Below, piece by piece: positions 47,798 to 55,015 of a stretch of 64,000 bases of DNA. Numbering within the stretch: position 1 is the stretch's first letter; every line of letters begins with the position of its first letter. The translations under genes and the position numbers were made by a program. The DNA is from Rhodothermales bacterium (lineage in GTDB: Bacteria; Bacteroidota; Rhodothermia; Rhodothermales; VXPQ01): contig OZ244993.1 of assembly GCA_965223485.1 (NCBI GenBank), forward strand, positions 1,207,400 through 1,271,399, written 5' to 3'. The notes under the pieces were generated by a model. The model had not been told where the DNA came from and made no database searches. It was given only the letters and a program-made list of their open reading frames with translations.

Positions 47798-49260
47798 TCG
47801 TAGGGATTTTTGAATACGTCCATCTCCGGTTCCGATCGAACATCCTCGATCACTGCTTCGAGGCGCCGCACCACATCCGGATATCTTTCGGAGAGATCAT
47901 GGTATTCCCCGATATCATGGCTCAGATCGTACAGTTCGGTCACGTGGTTCTCCGGGGTCCAGACGCGAAGCAGTTTCCAGTCGCCCTGCCGCACGGCCTG
48001 GGAGTATTTCGGCTCCATGTTGTTACGGTGCTCCCAGTAGAGCGCGCGATGCATGGGGACGGCGCCGGTGTTCGTGAGCAGTCCCGTCATGGACAAGCCG
48101 TCCACGGGCGGGGTATCCGCCCCGGCGAACTCGGCAAGCGTGGGGAAGATGTCCCACATGGCCCAGGGGTGGTCGCTGACCTCCCCGGACGGTACGTAGC
48201 CCGGCCCCCATGCGATCATCGGTACGCGGATGCCGCCTTCGTACAGGTCCCGCTTGATGCCCCGCAGCGGGCCGTTCGATTCGAAGTACCCGGGGTCTGC
48301 TCCGCCTTCGTCGTGCGGGCCGTTGTCGCTGGTGAAGAGTACGATGGTATCCTCGCCCAGGCCCAGTTCCTCGATCCGGTCCAGAATGCGCCCGATGTCC
48401 CGGTCGAGGCGGGTGACCATGGCGGCGTGCGCGGCGTGCGGCGTCGGCTGGCCCCGGTACGTCCCGATGATCCCGCAGCACGGGAAGGGCGGATCCGGCA
48501 AAAGGCGGCTGCGCCCGTTTTCATCCCGGAATGGAGCAATGTCCTCCTCCGGAACAAGCAGCTCCGCGTGCACGAGGGCAAGCGGCAGGTACAGGAAGAA
48601 AGGTCTGTCCTGGTTCGCCTCAATGAAATCGAGCGCTCCCTCCACGAAGAGATCATGGGTGTACTGTGTCGTATCCACGTCGATGCGCCCCGTGCCGCCA
48701 TCCTGTATGGCGAACAGGTGATCCGTGTAGTAGGAATGCGCATGGACGTGCCGCAAATATCCGAGGAAGGCGTCGAAGCCCTGGCGGTGCGGCAAGCCGG
48801 ATTCTTCGCTTTCGGCCAGACCCCACTTGCCGAACATGCCTGTGGCGTACCCGGCCTGTTTCAGTGCTTTGGGCAGGGTCTGGTCCTCTTCCCGCAACGA
48901 GGCGCCCGCATTGCCCCGTACGTAGGCGTGCCCCATGTGCGTGCCGGTCATGAGCGACCAGCGGGAAGGGGCGCACACCGTATTCCCCGCATAAAATGCG
49001 GTGAATAAGGCGCCTTCTTCGGCCATGCGGTCCAGCCGGGGCGTGGTAAAGCGTTTCTGCCCATAGACACCCAGATCGCCGTAGCCGAGATCATCGGCCA
49101 GGATGAAGACGATATTGGGCGCGCGGCGTTCCTCCGGCGGATCGTCAAGGGGATCGGCATGGGCGGGGAGGACAGAAACTGCCGTCGTCGCCAGCGCAAT
49201 CAGCAGCGCCTGTACGTGTGCAAAAAGGGGATGGCGCATGGAGTCGGTGTGGGCAAACAA
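47794..49260 (-). CDS. arylsulfatase-family sulfatase
   Basis: NIVFILADDLGYGDLGVYGQ and VCAPSRWSLMTGTHMGH. Overlaps the downstream sulfatase by 4 nt. Confidence 0.85.
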   Translation of the reverse strand: MFAHTDSMRHPLFAHVQALLIALATTAVSVLPAHADPLDDPPEERRAPNIVFILADDLGYGDLGVYGQKRFTTPRLDRMAEEGALFTAFYAGNTVCAPSRWSLMTGTHMGHAYVRGNAGASLREEDQTLPKALKQAGYATGMFGKWGLAESEESGLPHRQGFDAFLGYLRHVHAHSYYTDHLFAIQDGGTGRIDVDTTQYTHDLFVEGALDFIEANQDRPFFLYLPLALVHAELLVPEEDIAPFRDENGRSRLLPDPPFPCCGIIGTYRGQPTPHAAHAAMVTRLDRDIGRILDRIEELGLGEDTIVLFTSDNGPHDEGGADPGYFESNGPLRGIKRDLYEGGIRVPMIAWGPGYVPSGEVSDHPWAMWDIFPTLAEFAGADTPPVDGLSMTGLLTNTGAVPMHRALYWEHRNNMEPKYSQAVRQGDWKLLRVWTPENHVTELYDLSHDIGEYHDLSERYPDVVRRLEAVIEDVRSEPEMDVFKNPYE

Positions 49261-49441
49261 TGCGATACCGGGGACGATGACCAGGGTACTTGATACGAAG
49301 GAAGCGGCATATTTTCAATCGGTTGCCCAACGGGAGGCCGTCGTACGCACGCCTTTCCTGAGAACATCCCGGCGGGAGGGAAGGTATGCAAATCGTTGCT
49401 GCGTTTCGTTCCCTTTTTCCATCACTCCTTCGTTTTTTCCG

Positions 49442-50389
49442 ATGTCCGCCCAGGTACATGTTCGTGATCTCTGGAAGGCGTACGGCGGCGTGCAGGCCGC
49501 CTGCGGGGTAACGTTCGATGTGGCGCCGGGCGAGATTTTTGGCCTGCTGGGCCCGAACGGCGCAGGCAAGACCACCACGATCGAGTGCATGCTGGGATTA
49601 CGGCAACCGGATCGGGGCGTAGTGCAGATAGGCGGGATCGATGCCCGGCGGCATCCGCGCGACATGCAGCAGAACATCGGGGCGGCGCTTCAGACGAATG
49701 CCTTGCAGGAGAAGATAACGCCCCGGGAGGCGCTCCGGCTTTTCGGCTCTTTTTACCGCGAGGCGGAAGAGGCCGATGTCCTCTTGCAGCGGTTTGCGCT
49801 GGAGGATCAGGCCGATGCGGCCTTCTGCACGCTGTCGGGAGGGCAGCGCCGGCGGCTGGCGCTGGCGTTGGCGTTCGTAAACCGGCCCGGGGTGGTGTTG
49901 CTGGACGAACCCACGACCGGCCTGGACCCGTCTTCACGCCGCGATCTGCACCGCCGCATTCTGGATATGAAAGCAGAGGGGCGGACCGTGCTTCTCACGA
50001 CGCATTACATGGAAGAAGCGGAAACCCTCTGCGACCGCGTGGCGATCATGAACCACGGCAGACTCGTTGCGGAGGGCGCCCCCCGCGACCTGATGGGCAG
50101 CCTCGGCACGGCGCCTTCGGTCCATCTCGAAACGTCCGATCCGCTGCCGCCGGAGACATTCGCAGACATCGAGGGGGTGCGCGATCTGGAACAGGCGGGC
50201 TGCACGGTCCGGTTCCGGTCGGAGCATGTGCACGGGGCCCTTTCCGAGTTGGCGAAGCGGCTGGAAGCGGCGGACGCCGGGATCGTCGAACTGCATGTGC
50301 AGCGGGCGACGCTAGAGGAGGTGCTTATCGAATTGACGCGGGAGGGAGACGATGCGTCGAGCGGATCGCATGGAGGGTCCTTGCCATGA
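49442..50389 (+). CDS. ABC transporter ATP-binding protein
   Basis: Internal ATG (aa 114 of ORF 49103..50389). Walker A GPNGAGKTT, signature LSGGQRRRLALA, Walker B VVLLDEPT. Confidence 0.9.
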   Translation: MSAQVHVRDLWKAYGGVQAACGVTFDVAPGEIFGLLGPNGAGKTTTIECMLGLRQPDRGVVQIGGIDARRHPRDMQQNIGAALQTNALQEKITPREALRLFGSFYREAEEADVLLQRFALEDQADAAFCTLSGGQRRRLALALAFVNRPGVVLLDEPTTGLDPSSRRDLHRRILDMKAEGRTVLLTTHYMEEAETLCDRVAIMNHGRLVAEGAPRDLMGSLGTAPSVHLETSDPLPPETFADIEGVRDLEQAGCTVRFRSEHVHGALSELAKRLEAADAGIVELHVQRATLEEVLIELTREGDDASSGSHGGSLP

Positions 50390-51987
50390 TGTACGCCTTT
50401 CTGATCGAACTGCGACTCTATTACCGGAACAGGATGGCCCTGATCTACGGCTATCTTTTCCCGCTGATCTTTCTGGTTGCCTTCCTTGTGTTGTACCGGC
50501 ACGAACCGGCGCCGCTCGTGAACCACATGGGGGAACTCCTTACCGTGACGGCCCTTGGCGGGGCCTGCTTCGGCCTGCCCACCTCCATGGTGGGCGAGCG
50601 GGAGCGGGGAGTCTGGCGCCGGTACCGGGCGACGCCCGTTTCCACGTGGCGCCTGGTGCTGACGACGGTTGCGGCCCGGTACCTGGTCCTGCTTTCCGCC
50701 GCGCTTCTTCAGATTGTGCCGGCCATGCTTCTTGGCATGCCGTTTCCTGAGCATATTGCCGGGCTGTGGGTCGCCTTCACGTTCGTGTCTTTCGCCTTTC
50801 TGGGGCTGGGCCTTGTCATCGCCATGCTCGCCGACACGGTGCCCGCCGTACAGGCGCTGGGGCAGTCCATTTTCCTGCCGATGCTGATCATTGGCGGGGT
50901 GGCGGTGCGTCTCGAAAGCCTGCCCGAATGGGCGCAGCACCTGTCCGCCTTTTTTCCCGGTCGCTATGCGGTCGAGGCGATACAGGTTACCGTGAACGGA
51001 AGCGGACTGGGCGCCGCGGGCTTCAGCTTGCTGGCCCTCCTTCTGATTGGCGCCGCCGGCTGCCTTGCCTCGGCGAAGATGTTTCGATGGGATACGCGGG
51101 AGCGAGGCGGTACGCGGCGCGGCAAGGTATGGGCGGGCGCTGCCCTCGCGGCATGGGTGCTGGTCGGCGTGCTGGCGGAAGGCACGGGCCGCGCTCTGCC
51201 GCATGGACGATTGCCTGCCGACGGCGTATCGTCGCTGACCGATGCGCTTCGTGCCCCTGGTGCAGAAACGGACAACCCCTCTAACGTGTATGGGACGGAA
51301 GCGGATTCGGTTACGTTCGCGGAGAACGTTGCGGATTCTGCCGGTGTCGGGGCCTTGTCGGCGGATTCGGCGCCGGAACCGTCAGACCCGCAAAGCGACG
51401 CAGATACTCCGGCCGGGGAAACCGCCGATGCCGTATCCGAAGAGGTTGTCGAGGCGCCACCGCCTCCCCCGCCCATCGACTACCCCGATTCCTGGGAAGA
51501 AGTGACGATGGAGGACATCGACCGGGACATCCGGTTCGATGCGCTTCCCTACGATCAGGGCCTGGAGGCCCCGGTGGCCGCGCTGGACGAGCCCGTGTAT
51601 CCGGATATCGAGGATACGATACAATGCGTCCTCGACGATCTGGAGGTATGGCCGCCGGCCTGGACGGCGGACCCTGTGCAGCGGGCGCGCAATGTGCTGT
51701 TCGTGGCGGCGGTCCCGGACATGTACCAGATGAGCGGGATCGAGCGGTGGGTACCGCACGCCGTATTCCAGCATCTGGCGAATGCGCATCCCGAAGAGGA
51801 ATTGATCAAGGTGCTCTACTGGATCGCCGCAAATCCCTACGAGGGGGAAGTTTTCGCCGCAAGTCGACTTACGGATATGTGCCTGCGGCTCGGCGGCCCC
51901 GACGACACTGCGATGCTACAGCAGCGGACCGGGTGGTACGCGGCCAAGCTACTGGGCCGGATCACCGGGCATATTGAGGTGAGGTAG
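50386..51987 (+). CDS. ABC-2 type permease fused to a ~280-aa C-terminal domain of unknown function
   Basis: ATGA start/stop overlap with the ATPase gene. About 6 TM segments (aa 1-250), then an acidic low-complexity linker and a conserved-looking tail (..VLYWIAANPYEGEVF..GRITGHIEVR). Confidence 0.75.
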   Translation: MMYAFLIELRLYYRNRMALIYGYLFPLIFLVAFLVLYRHEPAPLVNHMGELLTVTALGGACFGLPTSMVGERERGVWRRYRATPVSTWRLVLTTVAARYLVLLSAALLQIVPAMLLGMPFPEHIAGLWVAFTFVSFAFLGLGLVIAMLADTVPAVQALGQSIFLPMLIIGGVAVRLESLPEWAQHLSAFFPGRYAVEAIQVTVNGSGLGAAGFSLLALLLIGAAGCLASAKMFRWDTRERGGTRRGKVWAGAALAAWVLVGVLAEGTGRALPHGRLPADGVSSLTDALRAPGAETDNPSNVYGTEADSVTFAENVADSAGVGALSADSAPEPSDPQSDADTPAGETADAVSEEVVEAPPPPPPIDYPDSWEEVTMEDIDRDIRFDALPYDQGLEAPVAALDEPVYPDIEDTIQCVLDDLEVWPPAWTADPVQRARNVLFVAAVPDMYQMSGIERWVPHAVFQHLANAHPEEELIKVLYWIAANPYEGEVFAASRLTDMCLRLGGPDDTAMLQQRTGWYAAKLLGRITGHIEVR

Positions 51988-52250
51988 GCAATTTTGTCCG
52001 GCGCGTTTCGTTTATTTAAGCCTGTTCCGCCTCATTTTTTCCGGCACGCTCCATCTGATGCACCTCCCAAATGAGCACACCGTTTTCTTTTTGGGGACTA
52101 CAGGTCCGCCTGCTATCCGTTCGGAGGGCCCTGCTTTTGGCCTTGGCCGGGTTGTTGGCCGCGCCTGGCGTGACCTATGCCGAGACGCATGGCGTGCCTG
52201 TACTGGCCAACCGCCTTAAGGGGCCTGACGTTATAGTGGAGCCCGGTGAT
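51745..52250 (+). repeat. left copy of a diverged tandem duplication (3' end of the permease gene + intergenic region + 5' end of the protease gene)
   Basis: Aligns with 54219-55015 at roughly 90-95% identity, apart from a 291-bp in-frame deletion equivalent to 54640-54930. Confidence 0.9.
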
Positions 52251-52277
52251 TGTAAAACGACAGCAAGTTGGCACTGA
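52071..52277 (+). pseudogene. truncated duplicate of the S8 protease 5' end, running into the element's TIR
   Basis: MSTPFSFWGLQVRLL..GVTYAETHGVPVLANRL..VEPGD, then TIR-encoded residues and a stop. Confidence 0.85.
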
Positions 52278-52356
52278 AACGACACGAATTTGGCACTAAA
52301 TAACTGAGAGATCACAGTTAGCCTTCTAAATGGCCAGGGTTATGCCGTTTTGTCAC
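52251..52356 (+). repeat. left terminal inverted repeat
   Basis: TGTAAAACGACAGCAAGTTGGCACTGAAACGACACGAATTTGGCACTAAATAACTGAG..TATGCCGTTTTGTCAC. Confidence 0.85.
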
Positions 52357-52384
52357 GCTGCCCGGCCTCATTGAAGCCCCTTAG

Positions 52385-52402
52385 ATGTTTGCACGCAAAC
52401 AT
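52385..52402. repeat. palindrome motif ATGTTTGCACGCAAACAT, copy 2 (inverted flank orientation)
   Basis: With the copy at 53892 it forms an inner inverted-repeat pair around the transposase and small gene. Confidence 0.7.
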
Positions 52403-52483
52403 CGGCTGCACGTATCTGGTGCTCGATGCGGAGTTCAGTAATTTTCACTCCGACTATCTGATAAAGGGCAAGTAGCGGGTACG

Positions 52484-52517
52484 AAAAAAGCCCCGCCAGA
52501 AACGAATCCGGCGGGGC
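52484..52517 (-). terminator. rho-independent terminator after the small membrane protein gene
   Basis: On the minus strand: stem GCCCCGCC / GGCGGGGC (8 bp) followed by TTTTTT, ~45 nt after the stop at 52563. Confidence 0.6.
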
Positions 52518-52562
52518 CTTCCGCATGACACGGCTGAACGGTACGAGAACGCCCTGTCGATG

Positions 52563-52943
52563 CTACTCCTGGCTTCGTTTCTCACGCCGACGCTGCACCT
52601 TGCATTGGATATACCCGATTGAGCCCAGCGCCACCGACCCGTAAACGTTCCACAGCGGAGGCACGTCCATAACGAGCCCGACGGTCATAAAGTACTGCGT
52701 CATCTTTATACGCTCCGAGCCGGTTTGCCTGAAGCATCCGGGCCGCTCGGCCTCGCCCTCCGAAATAACCGGCGCATCAAGCTCCGTCGGCACCACGGCA
52801 GGTAGAGGAAGTTTTTCCAGGGCGAGCACCTCTACCGCCGCAGGCTTTTCGGGCGTCTTGTCGTCATCCGTGGCTGCGGCAGGCGCCGCCACGGACAAGG
52901 CGAGGATGAAAAGGAGTGTGTGTTTCATCGTGGTTTGCCTCAC
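52563..52943 (-). CDS. small secreted/membrane-anchored hypothetical protein (passenger gene of the element)
   Basis: Signal peptide MKHTLLFILALSVAAPAAA, a C-terminal hydrophobic segment and a basic tail. Confidence 0.55.
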   Translation of the reverse strand: MRQTTMKHTLLFILALSVAAPAAATDDDKTPEKPAAVEVLALEKLPLPAVVPTELDAPVISEGEAERPGCFRQTGSERIKMTQYFMTVGLVMDVPPLWNVYGSVALGSIGYIQCKVQRRREKRSQE

Positions 52944-53044
52944 AACGTTTTGTTAATCACAACGGGCGACGCATCCCGGGGGTCAGGGGCAGGACTTCCC
53001 TATATTAGTACATCCTAAATAAAAAAGTCAAGGACGACCCTGAT

Positions 53045-53804
53045 TTATAAAATAAGGTCATTGTACATGAGGCGTTTGCCATCGAGCCCTAGGAGGATTT
53101 TCGCCATCTTGTCAAGCGTTGACAGCTTGCGCAGGTTATGGCGCCCGGCGAACTCGTTGATGTAGCGGTGCAGGTGCTTGCGGCTCATGTGGTGGTAGGC
53201 GCCTTTGTACGCCCGCTTGAGCAGGGCCCAGAAGCTCTCTATGCCGTTGGTGTGGGCGTCTCCCTTCACGTACTGGTACGCGGAGTGGTTTGTAGCGGCC
53301 CGCCAGCGGCTTGTAGGAAACGTTATCGTCGGTATAGAGCGTAGCGCCCGGTTTTGCCCGACGAGAAACAAAAGCGGAAAAGTGCAGCGCATCGACCTCT
53401 ACAGGCCCGCGAAAAATGTCCACATCGCCGGCGAAAAACTCACGCAGGCGCTGCAAGAAAAACCACGCGGATTTTTGCGTCATCCCGAGCGCCTTCGCGA
53501 GCATAGGCGAGGATATGCCTTTGGCCCGCGTGGAGGCCAGGTAGATACCGATGGCCCATTGCCGCAAGGATAGATTGCTGTCCTCCATTACCGTGCCCTT
53601 GCGCACGGAGAAGTATCCGCGGCAGTCGCGGCAGCGGTACGGCATCGAGCGGTGCGAGGGTGTCCGGGAGAAATTCATCGAGCCGCACGTAGGGCACGCC
53701 GGCCCAACGGGCCAGCGCACACTCTCCATCCACCGCCGGGAAAACTCCTCGTCCCGAAACAAGCGGAACAAAGCTAAAATGGTTACTCCTCCTGTGGCAA
53801 CCAT
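53045..53804 (-). pseudogene. IS1595-family (ISXO2-like) transposase, internally deleted and frameshifted
   Basis: The N-terminal zinc ribbon CPTCGS..YRCRDCRGYFSVRKGT and HTH lie in ORF 53136..53804. The C-terminal DDE end ([40 protein letters not shown]) lies in a different frame (53045..53392). The central catalytic part is largely missing. Confidence 0.8.
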
Positions 53805-53891
53805 TGTATATAATTCCCATTAAAATAGGGGATGGTCCTGGCTTTGCGAACAAGCGGAGTATATCCCTTATAGGGATCCGAAACACGCTCA

Positions 53892-53909
53892 ATGTTTGCG
53901 CGCCAACAT
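53892..53909. repeat. palindrome motif ATGTTTGCGCGCCAACAT, copy 3
   Basis: Its flanks match the copy at 7346. Confidence 0.7.
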
Positions 53910-54110
53910 AAGATGCCGGTGTGCGCGCCAGACCCTTGAACGGCTTATGCGGTGTAGCTATGCGCGAGACGCTCTACGCCGACGTCGATCTGACCGACGC
54001 AGTCATGGATATGGTAAAGCAGGGTCATTATTCGGGCGTCACGGTCGCGATTTTCGGGCCGACTCATCCGAGCAATCCGAAGCCGGTCGATCACTACCTG
54101 CCACACCGGA

Positions 54111-54218
54111 GTGACAAAACGGCATAGCATTGGTCATTTGCAAGGCTAACTGTTTTCCGCCTCAGTTATTTAGTGCCAGGCCCGTGTCGTTTTAGTGCCA
54201 ATTTGCTGTCGTTTTACA
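54111..54218 (-). repeat. right terminal inverted repeat
   Basis: Its reverse complement aligns with 52251-52356. Confidence 0.85.
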
Positions 54219-55015
54219 CGGTGGGTGCCGCACGCCGTATTCCAGCATCTGGCGAATGCGCATCCCGAAGAGGAATTGATCAAGGTGCTCTACTGGATCG
54301 CCGCAAATCCCCACGAGGGGGAAGTTTTCGCCGCAAGTCGACTTACGGACCTGTGCCTGCAGATCGGCGGTCCCGACGACATTTTAATGCTCCAGCAGCG
54401 GACCGGGTGGTACGCGGCCAAGCTACTGGGCCGGATCACCGGGCATATTGAGGTGAGGTAGGCAATTTTGTCTGGCGCGTTTCGTTTATTTAAGCCTGTT
54501 CCGCCTCATTTTTTCCGGCACGCTCCATCTCATGCACCTCCCAAATGAGCACACCGTTTTCTTTTTGGGGACTACAGGCCCGCCTGCTTTACGTTCGGAG
54601 GGCCCTGCTTTTGGCCCTGACCGGGTTCCTGGCCGCGCCTTTGGCCCTGGCCTAGGAGCAGCCGGCCTATGAGCCCCACGTCGTCGTCGTGCAGTTTGAG
54701 CCGGGCATTGTCATCGGGGAAGGAGTTGCCAAGGCAGGCTTGCAGGCTTTTGACCGCATGGCTTCCGCATTCGGCGTGCACACGATCGAGCGCGTGTTTC
54801 CGTTTCTGGATCACGTGCAGCCCACGCCCGAAACCGCGCGGAATCTCGCAGCGCTTCGCCGCACCTACTATGTCCGGTACAGCGCCGACGATGATCCCGG
54901 AGACGTAGCGAAGGCCCTGATGGACGTGCCTGGCGTGACCTATGCCGAGACGCATGCCGTGCCCGTACTGGCCAGCCGCCTTATGGGGTCTGACGTTATA
55001 GTGGAGCCCGATGAT
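54219..55015 (+). repeat. right copy of the tandem duplication
   Basis: It starts exactly at the element's right end with a duplicate of permease codons (ORF 54195..54461 ends ..GRITGHIEVR*), then the intergenic region and the protease 5' end. Confidence 0.9.

Larger units (their letters stand above)
52251..54218. mobile_element. 1968-bp element with ~107-bp imperfect TIRs (TGT...ACA termini), carrying a small membrane protein gene and a decayed IS1595-family transposase
   Basis: Left TIR 52251-52356 matches the reverse complement of right TIR 54111-54218 (~85% identity). Each end has two tandem 22-nt subterminal repeats (AAACGACA..AA.TTGGCACT). Confidence 0.8.

Noticed and set aside
45299-47803. 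834-aa plus-strand ORF across two sulfatase genes
   Set aside because: It is a mirror ORF. The minus-strand sulfatases carry signal peptides and C-x-P-x-R active sites.
49585-50385. 800-aa ORF reading through the ABC ATPase gene in another frame
   Set aside because: The permease starts at the ATG at 50386, coupled to the ATPase stop. The upstream part is Arg/Gly-rich overlap.
53921-54127. 68-aa ORF inside the element, considered as an antitoxin or accessory gene
   Set aside because: It has no motif and no clear ribosome-binding site, and its 3' end runs into the right TIR. This is insufficient support.
54653-54655. TAG as programmed recoding (pyrrolysine or suppression)
   Set aside because: There are no pyl genes or recoding signals in the window, and Bacteroidota-like lineages are not known for this. 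A nonsense mutation or sequencing error is the simpler explanation.
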